IMG/VR virus record: IMGVR_UViG_3300049055_000031
Location: 1-57,155 of that record
DNA: 57,155 bases
DNA from: a virus
Taxonomy: Duplodnaviria > Caudoviricetes
Strand: one strand, 5' to 3'
Part shown: positions 6,708 through 16,852 of the stretch, piece by piece
Numbering within the stretch: position 1 is the stretch's first letter
Layout: every line of letters starts with the position of its first letter
Position numbers and translations under genes: made by a program
Notes under the pieces: generated by a model
What the model was told of the DNA's origin: nothing
The model's database searches: none
The model's input: only the letters and a program-made list of their open reading frames with translations

Positions 6708-9443
6708 TCAGTACGGAAGAACCGCAATGTTGCGGTTACCGACATCACAAGCCCCGATGGGACAAGAGTAGTAAACCTGGAACTCATACCATCCCGGAGC
6801 AGTCGGGAAGGTGAAAGCGGTTTCCAGCAAGAACGAGTTCCCCATTTGCATACTGGAAGGAACGTGGGGAATGGCCGCGCTGCCCGTGTTGCCTCCGAGC
6901 TCCGAACCCATCGACGTGTTGCCAGGCGGAAGGGATTCAAGTCCGGTCGTCAGGTCCACCACCCGAACCTGCATCCAGCATGTCCGCCAGTCGTAGGTAC
7001 CAGCCGGATTGTCGAGGGCGTGTGAGATCTCGGCACCAATAAACAAAAGGGCTCGTCTTGAGTTTCCAATGTATGCCCGTACTTTGAGTCCGTCCGGATC
7101 TACAATGTTGTAGTCCGGCGCTCCTGTAGTGGCAATCGTCTGGAATCCATCTTGCCTTGCCGCCTCGGTACCAAATGCCAGCGTTGACAACGACACCAAC
7201 AATCCTGTCTCATCCACTGCCTCTAGTCCATAACCACCGCTTGCAAGTTCTCCTGCACGAATCTGAGGCTGTCCTGCGGGATTATCAACACGTAGGCCGT
7301 ATTTACCATCCGGCAGTAGACCCATCCGAACAATAATGTTGCCAAGCGCGTCCTTCACATGGAATGCACCTTCAGTAACAGACACATTTCCGCCACTACC
7401 AACCTCAATCATCGCCGCTAATATCGCATTAGCAGTAATGGTGCCTGCCGTTAATTTAGAAACCGACAGCGACGAAACATGCTGGTCGTCAATCAGAACG
7501 GCGGTCACTGTAGCACTCGGAGAGGGTGACGACTTATTCCCGGTCCGGTCGATCGCAACTACCTTGACGTGAACCGTCTCAGTAGGCTGAATGGTGAACG
7601 ATCCTACAGCCGCAGTGTGAGCTGTCATCATGCCAATGTTCGCCGTGAGCTCCCCCACTTTGTTCTCATCGCTCGGATTGAAACTAGCCGACCCTCCGAC
7701 ATGAACAGTCAACCGAACCAAGTCAGGCTCGAGGTTGTACGTCCCACCACTGGCCTTGCCCAAGGTGTGAACAACCTGAATCGATACCAGGTTACCGGCA
7801 ACCACTGGAGCAGCCGGAGTACTCGGGGCGAACAGATCTCCGGTTGTCGTCTTGAACTCACTGGTTGAGAAGTTACCGAAGTGTGGGGGATTAGCCGCAT
7901 CCACGGCACGAATCTGGAACTCATAGGTAACACCCGGAGTCAGCTCTAGGATGGTCGCCTCATTCACACCCCATCCGAACTGCATATAGATCCATTCTGG
8001 GTCTGCCGTGATTGCCTGGCTGATTGGCGCACCCCACCGGTTGCCGGATACTTGTCCCCATCGCAGGGACGACACAGCACCCCATCGAACCTGATACCCC
8101 AGCACCTCGGACACTCGATAACGAATCTCGTAATAAGAACCATCGACGATAGTGGAGCCGTCAGTGTTTAACGGCAATGACCACGTGACTCGGATAGCCG
8201 CCTTGGTTGTACTCAAATCCGAACCTTGATAGGCACCGAACTCCCACGACAGGAACGCAGGCGCAGCGGGGATCGACGTATCCGGCACTGGACGTGAGCC
8301 GACTGGCTCAGTCACACCTCCACCCATAAGTGACCGGGGTAGGTTACCCACTACAACGTTGGTCTCTCCGCCCTCGTAATGTACATACGGAGACAGATCG
8401 GTCCAGACCCCGTTGCTGTCACGGAAGGCCACTGTCCAGCCTTTTCGCACAGGCCAAGACAATTCGACCACCCGGAGCTTCACGGGGTTGATGATCTCAC
8501 CTCGCCAGGTCTCTTCATTGGACACATCTTCGAACCCTCGAGCAGGATCGTATACGAAGATGTAGTCACCGACAACGACGTCTCCCTTGATGTCGTAAGT
8601 CGAGGTGGAGAGGTTCACCGATGGTGCCTGCGGTTGACCGAACTCATTGAGAATCAATTGTGCTCGGGCATCTACGTTAGTTGGCTGTGTGAACGACTCA
8701 GACACAACGCGGGTGATGACCACGTCATTGCCGTGCAGGTCCTTGTACGGAACAACAGGAGCATCTGCCGTGCCAACCTGGATCGTTTCACCTTCACCTT
8801 CCCCGAGGACGACAACCCGTGTCGCATAATCTGCACTCTCGCGTCCGAGTGAAGCACGTCCCGGAAGAGCTCGATATCTGAGGTCTGACGAGTCGTCCTT
8901 GGTCACCAAGATAGCTCGAGGTGTCGTCGCGTACAACTGGTTGATCAGTCCGGCATCAAGCGTGCCGTTGTTATTAACGCGCCACTCTGCCCCATAGATC
9001 GATGTGATGTAGTCCAACACCTGGCGGGAAGTGACCCATTGATGCCGACCGGTGTACAACCCCGGACCTACGGAATAAATCGTTCCTGCGGTTATGGCAC
9101 CACCGGGCGGGAGTGCAGCCGCGATTGCTGTACCAAACCCAACGGCAGTCAATTCTAGTGGAGTCTCAAAGACGTCACCGGCGCTCTGTTCATCGCCAAG
9201 CCATGACTCCAAACCAACACCGCTGATCGTCACGCTGTTTTCATCGCTGTTCTGTGTGCGGAACACACCTACGTACCGAGCGGCAGTGAGAAGGTTGTCC
9301 CCATACTCATCGACACGAACAGACCCCGGCACGATCGCGACATGGCCAAACGGCACCAAGGTGAGCAGTACTCGTTTCGGTATGTTTCCTCGCAACCGAA
9401 TGTTCCATGACCCGACAGATTGCTTGACCTGAGTTACGCTCAT
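6708..9443 (-). CDS. Minor tail (hub/central fibre) protein with Fn3-like domains
   Basis: 911 aa; LTPGVTYEFQIRAVD and VKVVAIDRTGNKS Fn3 motifs; position. Confidence 0.8.
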   Translation of the reverse strand: MSVTQVKQSVGSWNIRLRGNIPKRVLLTLVPFGHVAIVPGSVRVDEYGDNLLTAARYVGVFRTQNSDENSVTISGVGLESWLGDEQSAGDVFETPLELTAVGFGTAIAAALPPGGAITAGTIYSVGPGLYTGRHQWVTSRQVLDYITSIYGAEWRVNNNGTLDAGLINQLYATTPRAILVTKDDSSDLRYRALPGRASLGRESADYATRVVVLGEGEGETIQVGTADAPVVPYKDLHGNDVVITRVVSESFTQPTNVDARAQLILNEFGQPQAPSVNLSTSTYDIKGDVVVGDYIFVYDPARGFEDVSNEETWRGEIINPVKLRVVELSWPVRKGWTVAFRDSNGVWTDLSPYVHYEGGETNVVVGNLPRSLMGGGVTEPVGSRPVPDTSIPAAPAFLSWEFGAYQGSDLSTTKAAIRVTWSLPLNTDGSTIVDGSYYEIRYRVSEVLGYQVRWGAVSSLRWGQVSGNRWGAPISQAITADPEWIYMQFGWGVNEATILELTPGVTYEFQIRAVDAANPPHFGNFSTSEFKTTTGDLFAPSTPAAPVVAGNLVSIQVVHTLGKASGGTYNLEPDLVRLTVHVGGSASFNPSDENKVGELTANIGMMTAHTAAVGSFTIQPTETVHVKVVAIDRTGNKSSPSPSATVTAVLIDDQHVSSLSVSKLTAGTITANAILAAMIEVGSGGNVSVTEGAFHVKDALGNIIVRMGLLPDGKYGLRVDNPAGQPQIRAGELASGGYGLEAVDETGLLVSLSTLAFGTEAARQDGFQTIATTGAPDYNIVDPDGLKVRAYIGNSRRALLFIGAEISHALDNPAGTYDWRTCWMQVRVVDLTTGLESLPPGNTSMGSELGGNTGSAAIPHVPSSMQMGNSFLLETAFTFPTAPGWYEFQVYYSCPIGACDVGNRNIAVLPY

Positions 9444-10648
9444 CTCGTTACCGCCAGTACCTGCTCAGACAGAGACCCAATGTACTGATCTCGAAGGTTG
9501 ATTGCCGTATTACCAGCAGCCGCTCCCGAGCCGTCGATCACGTATCCCGCGTACCAGGACAACGACACCACCGCTGCCTTGCTCACACCTCCGGTGGTCG
9601 ATCCGGTGAACGTGACCGGCACGCCCATAGTGAACTGATTCCCGTTCGCGTCGTTCGAGGTCTCTACAATGTAGCCGGTTGCGGCGTTGTTCGTTGTTGT
9701 AAGTGATGGATCTGTCTTGACGCCAAGCGTTGCCGACGAGTCAGTTTGAATGAACCCCTCGACGAACATGGCTCCTCGCCGGAGGGTGAGGTCAACCAGG
9801 ATCCGACCTGACGGGGACTTGGTCTTCACTAGTCTCAAGACAATGCATTCGAAGTCGTTCCGCAGAATCGTTACCGACTCGAACGGGGGTGCGAGATCAG
9901 ATCCTACGGTGATGTCCAGGTCTTTGGACGACCATGCCGAACCATCCCATCCCTCGACACGCAGCATAGCACCGGAAGACAGCGGTGTGACCCGTATCAA
10001 CCCGTTCGTCAAGACCCAGGTTCCCGTGATGATGCGGATACCCGCACCAGACCGCTCCAGACCGTCCACAAGGACCCTAGAACGCCCGAGAAGGTAATTG
10101 GGCGCCGTGATACCCCATGTTGGGTTTACTGCCGCTGGAATGGACCTGAAGACGGTTATCGTGCCCTCTGCGTCGGCAAGTGCGCGCCCGATGTTTGACG
10201 CCGGTTGCGTCGTGCCGGTGAAGTACCCATAGGCGCCCACGGCTGGAGCATGCCATCGTTCGCCGGTCAGCGAGAACGAGTTTGTTCTTACGGTAGACCC
10301 CAGGCGTGACTCCATGTCCACTGCGTTTTCTGCGCCGATGCGTTTCAGACTCAACGTCCAGTTGAAGAACGTTGCCTCCGGCCATTGAGTGACATTCGCT
10401 CCGACATCACTCACGGTGTAGAACCCGGTCTGGGTTTGCTTGGTAGAGAACACCAGAGGCAACGCCCGTTCCAGCAGAGCCACCATGTCTTCAGACCGGG
10501 CGACTATCTGCGCTTGTGTGAACGGCGGACTTGACTCCATACCCTCCAGGTTGACGGATTGCTCCCCGGTGGTGGCGTTCACCTGATTTCCCAGGCTGTA
10601 TGTCTCTCGGAGGGCGATTCGCCCTACTTGCAGGCTACCCCATGCCAT
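9440..10648 (-). CDS. Minor tail protein (Dit position)
   Basis: Directly follows tape measure; beta-rich. Confidence 0.7.
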   Translation of the reverse strand: MAWGSLQVGRIALRETYSLGNQVNATTGEQSVNLEGMESSPPFTQAQIVARSEDMVALLERALPLVFSTKQTQTGFYTVSDVGANVTQWPEATFFNWTLSLKRIGAENAVDMESRLGSTVRTNSFSLTGERWHAPAVGAYGYFTGTTQPASNIGRALADAEGTITVFRSIPAAVNPTWGITAPNYLLGRSRVLVDGLERSGAGIRIITGTWVLTNGLIRVTPLSSGAMLRVEGWDGSAWSSKDLDITVGSDLAPPFESVTILRNDFECIVLRLVKTKSPSGRILVDLTLRRGAMFVEGFIQTDSSATLGVKTDPSLTTTNNAATGYIVETSNDANGNQFTMGVPVTFTGSTTGGVSKAAVVSLSWYAGYVIDGSGAAAGNTAINLRDQYIGSLSEQVLAVTR

Positions 10649-13416
10649 CACTTATACCCGTTCTTGTAAAGGGTGAGTTCGGTGTCCAATTGTCCAACCA
10701 TCTTACGAGTTGCCATCGGGTCAGTGAAGTCCCAAACGCCCTGCACATTGACAGACCCAATGTTGGTTGATCCGGCGACCGTAGTTGTCGTACTGGTTGC
10801 TGTAGTAGCAGGCGACATCGTTGGGTTGAGGGACAATGCCAGGTTGTCAAGTGCTCCAAAGGCGGTATCGAACGACATCGTTGCTGCACGATCCATTCCC
10901 TTAGCAAAGTCGCGTATCAATGCTTCACCAGAGAACCCGGTCCATCCCTTGCCTGAGAACGGGCCCTCCTTGGCCGGTGAGAATGGGAACAGGTTCCGCA
11001 GTCCACCGAGCAGATCTTTCGCCGTGTTCATCAACTTGGACACCATCGACTTGATACCGTCGATGAGGCCTTGAATCAGTTTCCGGCCGGAGTCGAATAG
11101 CATAGACCCGAGGTCACCAAGAGCCCCGAAGATCTTCCCTGGTATGGTCTTGACGAAATCTATCAACGGACCTACGCCTTTGTCAGCAGCCGCCTTCAAC
11201 TCACCGAAGAAGTTCCGGATCTTGTCAACGATTACCTTGATACCGTCGATGATTGCCACGACTCGATCACGCGCGAAGGTGAAGATGGCTACGATACCGT
11301 CCCAGATGGTCCCCAGGAAGTTCTTAATGCCATTCCACACTACCGAGGTCATCGTAGTGATGGCGCTCCAGGCCTTCTGGATAAAGTCCCAGATTGTCTT
11401 GACGGCTGCGATCACGAATGGTCCAATGAAGTCCCAGATCGCTGTGATGATGTTCTTGATGAGGTTGAACGCCCAGGTGGTTATCGCCACTAGTCCATTC
11501 CAGACGAACTGAACGTAGTCCCACCACATCTTGATAGCGCCGATGATGAATGGTCCTATGAACCCCCATACTGCCTTGACCAGTCCAAGAATGGCATTGA
11601 ACACTGTGCTGACGATCGTCCACCACACGGTGAACACGGCTTTGACTACTGTCACCATTACGGAGAAGATCGCAGAGATGATAGCCCATGCAGTCTTGAT
11701 GATGGATACGACCAGTCCGAAAGCAGCCTTGACTACCGGGGCTATGAAGCTCCAGACCTTCAAAAGAATCATTATCTGCAGTTTCACCGAGTCTACGATT
11801 GCAGTGAAGATCTTGACGATCCAGCCCCAGAGCCACTTGGCGACAGCGACAATGCCTTCAAACGCTTTCTTGATCCAGGGCCAGGCGGTATTGACGATCC
11901 AGTCAACGGCTGCCTTGATTGCCTTCTGAACTGCCGCCCACACTGCGAGTACCACTTTGCGGAAGGTCTCGTTCTTCTTCCACAGCAGGATGATGACCGC
12001 GACCAGTGCCGCGATGATGGCTATGATAAGAATCACAATCAAGAAGGTGGCATTCATCGCAGCGGCCAGCACCCACTGCACAGCCGACCATGCCGCAGTC
12101 GCTACTTTGGCGATGTTCGCCCATATGCTCCAGGCCTTGGCAATCGCCACGGCAACCTGCAGAGCTTTGATGGCCTGTGTTATCTTGATGAAAGCAGCCG
12201 CAGTCAATGCCAGTGCTCCGGCCACACCCAACACTGACGAGATGGTATTCTGCGTTGACTTGTCAAGGTTCGAGAACCACGTGACGACTGCTTGTGCACC
12301 ATCCACGATCTTGTTCAACGCCGGTAGCAACGTCGTTCCTATCGAGATGGCCAGCGTCTCCAGAGACCCTTTGAGTTGTTCGATGGACCCCGCTGTGTTA
12401 TCCAACCGGGTTGCCGCAACCTCGGCAGCCGTGGTCTTGTTCATCTCGGCATTGAGTTTTGCGAACCCCTCAGCGCCCGCGTTGGAGATGATGGCAGCCG
12501 CTCGGATAGCGTCGGCACCGAACAGCGTTTCAAGAGCCAGCGTCTTTTGAGACTCACTCAGCCCAGCCGTCGCGGTGTGCAACACTCCGGCGATCTCACC
12601 TAGCGATTTGTAGTTGCCCTGTGCATCGATGAACGCGTTACCAGAAGCACCAACCGCAAGTCCCAATTCCTTGAACGTCTTCTTGGCTCGATCGGTTGTC
12701 GGGATCAAGTTGTTCAAGAAGGTCTTCAATGACGTACCGGCATCAGACCCCTTGATACCCGCGTTACCCATCAACGCAATGGCAGTAGCCGTATCTTCAA
12801 ACGACTGTCCGGCCAGATGAGCAACCGCACCAACCTGACTCAGGGAAAACCCGAACTCCTTGACATCGATCGCTGAGGCATTAGCCGCTCCCGCGATGTT
12901 GTCAACGACCTTGGTCAGATCTGATGCCTTGAGATTGAACTGGTTGAGGGCATTACTGGCAATCTGTGCGGCAAACGGCAGATCTACTTCACCAGCAGCT
13001 GCAAGGTTCACCGCTGCATCTGCCGCCCCACCGAGTACCTCTTCAACCGACAGACCGGCTTTGACCAGTTCCTCCATGGCCAGAGCCGCTTCACTTGCGG
13101 AGAACTTGGTATCAGCCCCGAGTTGAAGAGCTTTCTTGGACAAGAGATCCATCTGCTGGGCAGTGGCACCGGATACCGCCTCAATGGCGGACAACCGCTT
13201 CTCAAAGGAGATGGCACTGTTCGCAGCGACCGCGAAACCGGCAGCGATCACACCGCCGAACAGTGCCAGATTCCTAGCCATTTTGTCCAGTCCGGCAGCC
13301 GTCTTGACAGATGACTTTTCAAGTCCCTCTACGTCAGACTTTGCCCTGATGACTCCCTTGCCATCATAGTCAATCTCAATGGTTCCCCGGATGGTCCCGA
13401 TAGTTGGCCCAGCCAT
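10648..13416 (-). CDS. Tape measure protein
   Basis: 922 aa; TP901-type core (TKFSASEAA, GIKGSDAGTSLK); W/F-periodic repeats; PFSPAKEGP motif. Confidence 0.95.
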   Translation of the reverse strand: MAGPTIGTIRGTIEIDYDGKGVIRAKSDVEGLEKSSVKTAAGLDKMARNLALFGGVIAAGFAVAANSAISFEKRLSAIEAVSGATAQQMDLLSKKALQLGADTKFSASEAALAMEELVKAGLSVEEVLGGAADAAVNLAAAGEVDLPFAAQIASNALNQFNLKASDLTKVVDNIAGAANASAIDVKEFGFSLSQVGAVAHLAGQSFEDTATAIALMGNAGIKGSDAGTSLKTFLNNLIPTTDRAKKTFKELGLAVGASGNAFIDAQGNYKSLGEIAGVLHTATAGLSESQKTLALETLFGADAIRAAAIISNAGAEGFAKLNAEMNKTTAAEVAATRLDNTAGSIEQLKGSLETLAISIGTTLLPALNKIVDGAQAVVTWFSNLDKSTQNTISSVLGVAGALALTAAAFIKITQAIKALQVAVAIAKAWSIWANIAKVATAAWSAVQWVLAAAMNATFLIVILIIAIIAALVAVIILLWKKNETFRKVVLAVWAAVQKAIKAAVDWIVNTAWPWIKKAFEGIVAVAKWLWGWIVKIFTAIVDSVKLQIMILLKVWSFIAPVVKAAFGLVVSIIKTAWAIISAIFSVMVTVVKAVFTVWWTIVSTVFNAILGLVKAVWGFIGPFIIGAIKMWWDYVQFVWNGLVAITTWAFNLIKNIITAIWDFIGPFVIAAVKTIWDFIQKAWSAITTMTSVVWNGIKNFLGTIWDGIVAIFTFARDRVVAIIDGIKVIVDKIRNFFGELKAAADKGVGPLIDFVKTIPGKIFGALGDLGSMLFDSGRKLIQGLIDGIKSMVSKLMNTAKDLLGGLRNLFPFSPAKEGPFSGKGWTGFSGEALIRDFAKGMDRAATMSFDTAFGALDNLALSLNPTMSPATTATSTTTTVAGSTNIGSVNVQGVWDFTDPMATRKMVGQLDTELTLYKNGYK

Positions 13417-13422
13417 CTTGCC

Positions 13423-13785
13423 TTATCTCCTTCGGTTCACCGAAAGAGCGGGGTCACGGTAACGCCCCTTCTGCGTTACTTCCCTTGCCTTTCCAATCTC
13501 AAGGTAACTGTCAAGTACTTTTTGTCTAGCACGATTGACGATCTCACCTTTCGGCTGGGACTTGCCCTTCTTCAAACGGGCCTCTGCCGCGTCCATATCT
13601 ACCTCGATCGACGTGCCCAGGGTCCACACCGCCCGATCGATCATGTACGCGAGAAGTACCCTACCGTCGTCTGGGTGGGCGCTTCCGTCGAGTGGCGCGA
13701 TTCCCATCAACACGCTGGGACGAGTCCGGTACGCCTTCGCCATCAGCCAGGTCTCCCATAACACGCGCGGATTCCTGACGAAAGG
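13423..13785 (-). CDS. Tail assembly chaperone extension (+1 frame)
   Basis: Overlaps the TAC gene in the +1 frame; FVRNPRVLWETWLMAK...; no clear own SD. Confidence 0.7.
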   Translation of the reverse strand, partial: PFVRNPRVLWETWLMAKAYRTRPSVLMGIAPLDGSAHPDDGRVLLAYMIDRAVWTLGTSIEVDMDAAEARLKKGKSQPKGEIVNRARQKVLDSYLEIGKAREVTQKGRYRDPALSVNRRR

Positions 13786-14278
13786 TTTCCACCTCTTTCA
13801 CGCCGGATAGCGCGAAGTTGAAGATGAACATCTTGTCTTCGAGTGGGATCTGGTCAGTATAGATCACTCCGGATTTGCGTTCCCCCGGAGGAATCATCCG
13901 AGTATCTTCGTCCTCTTTTCCCAGGTTGATAACCTCGTAGTGGCACATCACCCTAGGATCGACGATCACGTGAGGCATCAGCCCATCCACCATCTTGATG
14001 ATTTTCTGAAGAGTTTTGGGGTTCTTCATCAATTCAACAGGATCGATCTCTTCGCGGTCAGGTATGCCCTTACCCCCGCGCACCTTGCGCACGTACTCTC
14101 GACCGACAAACGCTGTGAGACTATCGGCCTCGCCCATTACTCCGGCCTCAAGCACTCCCTGCATGCCGACTACCTTCGCCCGGCAGGTTTGAGTGGAGGG
14201 AAGTTCAAGGAACACTGAGGTTCCAAGGGTCGATTGACCCCAGACATTGTTCACTTGCTGGTCTGGTGTGGGAGGCAT
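13661..14278 (-). CDS. Tail assembly chaperone
   Basis: Between major tail and tape measure; SD AGGAG. Confidence 0.8.
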   Translation of the reverse strand: MPPTPDQQVNNVWGQSTLGTSVFLELPSTQTCRAKVVGMQGVLEAGVMGEADSLTAFVGREYVRKVRGGKGIPDREEIDPVELMKNPKTLQKIIKMVDGLMPHVIVDPRVMCHYEVINLGKEDEDTRMIPPGERKSGVIYTDQIPLEDKMFIFNFALSGVKEVETFRQESARVMGDLADGEGVPDSSQRVDGNRATRRKRPPRRR

Positions 14279-14309
14279 CGCGTGCTCCTAAATCCCGGTG
14301 TGGTGTGGA

Positions 14310-15164
14310 CTAGACGTAGGTGTAGGTGTTGGCAGCCGTGCCAACGGCAGAAGACGAACCCGTGGCATTGGTCACTACCACGACAGCAGCGCCAGCTGCG
14401 TGTGCCGGAGCCACGGCAACAATGGTGTTCGGATTGACCACCTCGTAGTCAGTGGCAGCAGTACCGCCGAACGTCACGCCGGTCACGCCGATGAACGAGG
14501 TACCGGAGATCGTGACGATCTCACCCCCCGCAGCCGGACCCGTGATGTCGGACAGTCCGAGGACGGTCGGAGCAGCGGCAACGTCGATGACAGGAGCCGC
14601 GATGGTCGTGATGGTCTCATGCTGCACGAAGTCGTACAGCGTGCCGTTGATCTCGTTCCCATCCACCAGACCACTGACGAGACATCCGAACCCGGTCAGG
14701 TCTGCCGTGGGAATGAAGAACGCACCATCAGAGAACTCACCGGCGATATCCCCGGTAGCACGACACCGATACACAACCGCCCAGATGTCCCCTCCGGAGT
14801 CGGAGATGGACTGCCCGACAGCGGTGAAGAACGGACGTGCGTCGGTGATCTTCTTCCGGTACCGCTTGACCTGATTGGGAGTCACGCCGGACTCGATGAT
14901 GGTTCCGCCGTTGAGGACCTTGTAGGCGTCGGTCGAGATACCTCCGGACTCCAGGCTGCAATCCAGTGTTGGGCCCTGACCGTGCGAGGTGACCAGAGTG
15001 TCATCTCCTCGCAGCTCAACGTACTCTTCGGTCTCGGTGAATTCGAAGGTCTGCGAGTTCGGCAGATCTACCAGTTGAGTACCGAACGCGGTTGCCGCAA
15101 GGCTCGGATACGCAATCAACTTCACGTCCCGGAGCCCAAACGGGAGGGTTGTCCCGAGTGTCAT
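14310..15164 (-). CDS. Major tail protein with C-terminal IPT/TIG (Ig-like) domain
   Basis: LPFGLRDVKL, ELRGDD motifs; GPAAGGEIVTISGTSFIGVTGVTFGG IPT signature. Confidence 0.88.
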   Translation of the reverse strand: MTLGTTLPFGLRDVKLIAYPSLAATAFGTQLVDLPNSQTFEFTETEEYVELRGDDTLVTSHGQGPTLDCSLESGGISTDAYKVLNGGTIIESGVTPNQVKRYRKKITDARPFFTAVGQSISDSGGDIWAVVYRCRATGDIAGEFSDGAFFIPTADLTGFGCLVSGLVDGNEINGTLYDFVQHETITTIAAPVIDVAAAPTVLGLSDITGPAAGGEIVTISGTSFIGVTGVTFGGTAATDYEVVNPNTIVAVAPAHAAGAAVVVVTNATGSSSAVGTAANTYTYV

Positions 15165-15165
15165 A

Positions 15166-15366
15166 CTAATTCTCCTTTGCTGGTTCTCTGAAGAGGCGAG
15201 TTTCTACGAGCTCTCCGGTCGAAGTATCAAATACGTGCCTGACCACAACCCCCGGTTGTCGTCCACACCATCGCGAAGTGCACGCAATCTCGATCAGGCC
15301 CGAATCCTTGGATGGCCTGACCAGTACGGCGTGCTTTCGCAGTGGACACCGGAGATCCATGATCAC
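15166..15366 (-). CDS. Small Mu Com-like zinc-finger protein
   Basis: DLRCP..KH...IEIAC....CG. Confidence 0.55.
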   Translation of the reverse strand: MIMDLRCPLRKHAVLVRPSKDSGLIEIACTSRWCGRQPGVVVRHVFDTSTGELVETRLFREPAKEN

Positions 15367-15677
15367 ATCGAGCCTGGGATCTCGTCCTGGCTGTGGAGGG
15401 CTTCGGTGCCGGACATCCGAGCACGCAACCGTCGCGTAGCAGCCTCAACAGCGGCCTCAGTTTGCTCTGAGACATCGGGACGATCGCCCGTGAACACGAT
15501 GCCCGGATCGTTGCCCAAAATGGCCCAGGCATCGTCTGAGAGCGCGGAACGAGGCACCGAGTAACCATTCGCCTGGTTCCATGACACCGTGCCCTGGTTG
15601 GGCACTCCAGCGTTCACCCAATCACGTTCTTGCATCACGCGGGAGTCAGCCATTCCTACGTATTTTGCGTACTCCAT
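15363..15677 (-). CDS. Hypothetical virion-region protein
   Basis: MEYAKYVG start with SD GAGGA. Confidence 0.6.
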   Translation of the reverse strand: MEYAKYVGMADSRVMQERDWVNAGVPNQGTVSWNQANGYSVPRSALSDDAWAILGNDPGIVFTGDRPDVSEQTEAAVEAATRRLRARMSGTEALHSQDEIPGSM

Positions 15678-15687
15678 GTCTTCCTCT

Positions 15688-16089
15688 CTAACTTTGACTG
15701 CCGTTGATGATATAACTAGTCTGACGAGTAACGGTCCGATGACCATCGTCCTTGAAATCTTGACTGTCACCGGTCCAAGTGATCTGCGACACATAGTCGC
15801 CTTCAAGGGAGTCAGCCATGCCGACCAGAGAGGGCAACAACACCCTGAGTCTCTTGATGATGGCGTCAATCCTGGCATAGTCGTTCGGCTCGTCATGTAC
15901 CCAGATCGTGAGAACGTTCTGATACGCGGCTCCGCCGAACGGTGCAGGTGTAGTGATCCCCCACTTCAGATTGAGAAAAGGTCGTGGCTCCGGGGTGTCA
16001 ACGTCCCCTGATAACACCCCGGAGTCCACAACCCCCAAAGACTGAAGAGCGACATCAGACGTGATCGCTGCTCGTATCACCGCGCGCAT
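15688..16089 (-). CDS. Tail terminator
   Basis: RPFLNLKWG, TIWVHD motifs; position. Confidence 0.7.
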   Translation of the reverse strand: MRAVIRAAITSDVALQSLGVVDSGVLSGDVDTPEPRPFLNLKWGITTPAPFGGAAYQNVLTIWVHDEPNDYARIDAIIKRLRVLLPSLVGMADSLEGDYVSQITWTGDSQDFKDDGHRTVTRQTSYIINGSQS

Positions 16090-16091
16090 AG

Positions 16092-16469
16092 TCAGTCTCC
16101 CAGCAAGTCTATTGATCGTTTTACAGACTCTGCCACTACAATTGCGAGTTGAGGCGCAACGTTGAACATCGTCGGACCAATGATCGCATATCGTCCGGAC
16201 CATCGTACTTCAAGCCACAACCCGTAAGGCATGGTGTGATACACAACCAGTTGGTGAAACACCATGGGAGTACTTTGGTGGTCCACAAACAAGCCGTTAC
16301 GTGCATTACCGGTCCGGTCAGTCCACGGCGCATTAGTCCGCGCGTAACTCTCGGCATACGTCTTCATGAAGTCAAACGCCAGGTCTACCCCGGCATCCAC
16401 CTGAGGCAGCAAACGCTGGAGGCTTGGGGACAACGTATTGAAGTCGAATATCCCGCGCTTGCGTGCCAC
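16092..16469 (-). CDS. HK97 gp10-like tail completion protein
   Basis: NAPWTDRTGNARNGL, YGLWLE motifs. Confidence 0.8.
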   Translation of the reverse strand: MARKRGIFDFNTLSPSLQRLLPQVDAGVDLAFDFMKTYAESYARTNAPWTDRTGNARNGLFVDHQSTPMVFHQLVVYHTMPYGLWLEVRWSGRYAIIGPTMFNVAPQLAIVVAESVKRSIDLLGD

Positions 16470-16852
16470 TACGTCACCCCATCCCGGAGCAGATGCCGTT
16501 CGCACAAAAACTTCTTCTCATAACCGTGTCCGTCAGCGATCGCCACCACAAGGTAATACTCGTTTGGGTCGCTAAGGGTGAACCGATCCCACACCGCGCC
16601 TTCAGCGTCCCATGTGCCAAGAAGGGTGTAGTCAATAATCCGCTCAACTCCGCCAGCCGTCACGGTCGGACGTTGGTCGAAGGTCATCGGAATGACTTTG
16701 AAGGTTTGATCAGCGCGGGGCTGATCTTGCTCCAATTTCCGCCCTCCACCAGGGGTTATGACCTCATTCTGTGGTATCAACGAGATCACCGTAGGATCAG
16801 CATCTATGAAAGCCTTGGTCATCCGACGCTGACGGTCAACCTCACCCATCAC
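16469..16852 (-). CDS. Head-to-tail stopper
   Basis: Size, position, beta-rich. Confidence 0.6.
   Translation of the reverse strand: MMGEVDRQRRMTKAFIDADPTVISLIPQNEVITPGGGRKLEQDQPRADQTFKVIPMTFDQRPTVTAGGVERIIDYTLLGTWDAEGAVWDRFTLSDPNEYYLVVAIADGHGYEKKFLCERHLLRDGVT

Noticed and set aside
14973-14980. GTCAGGGC copies inside coding sequence (14973, 29509, 36630, 46009, 52547)
   Set aside because: A few 8-mer hits are expected by chance and these lack promoter context; two lie just before start codons, so not fully excluded
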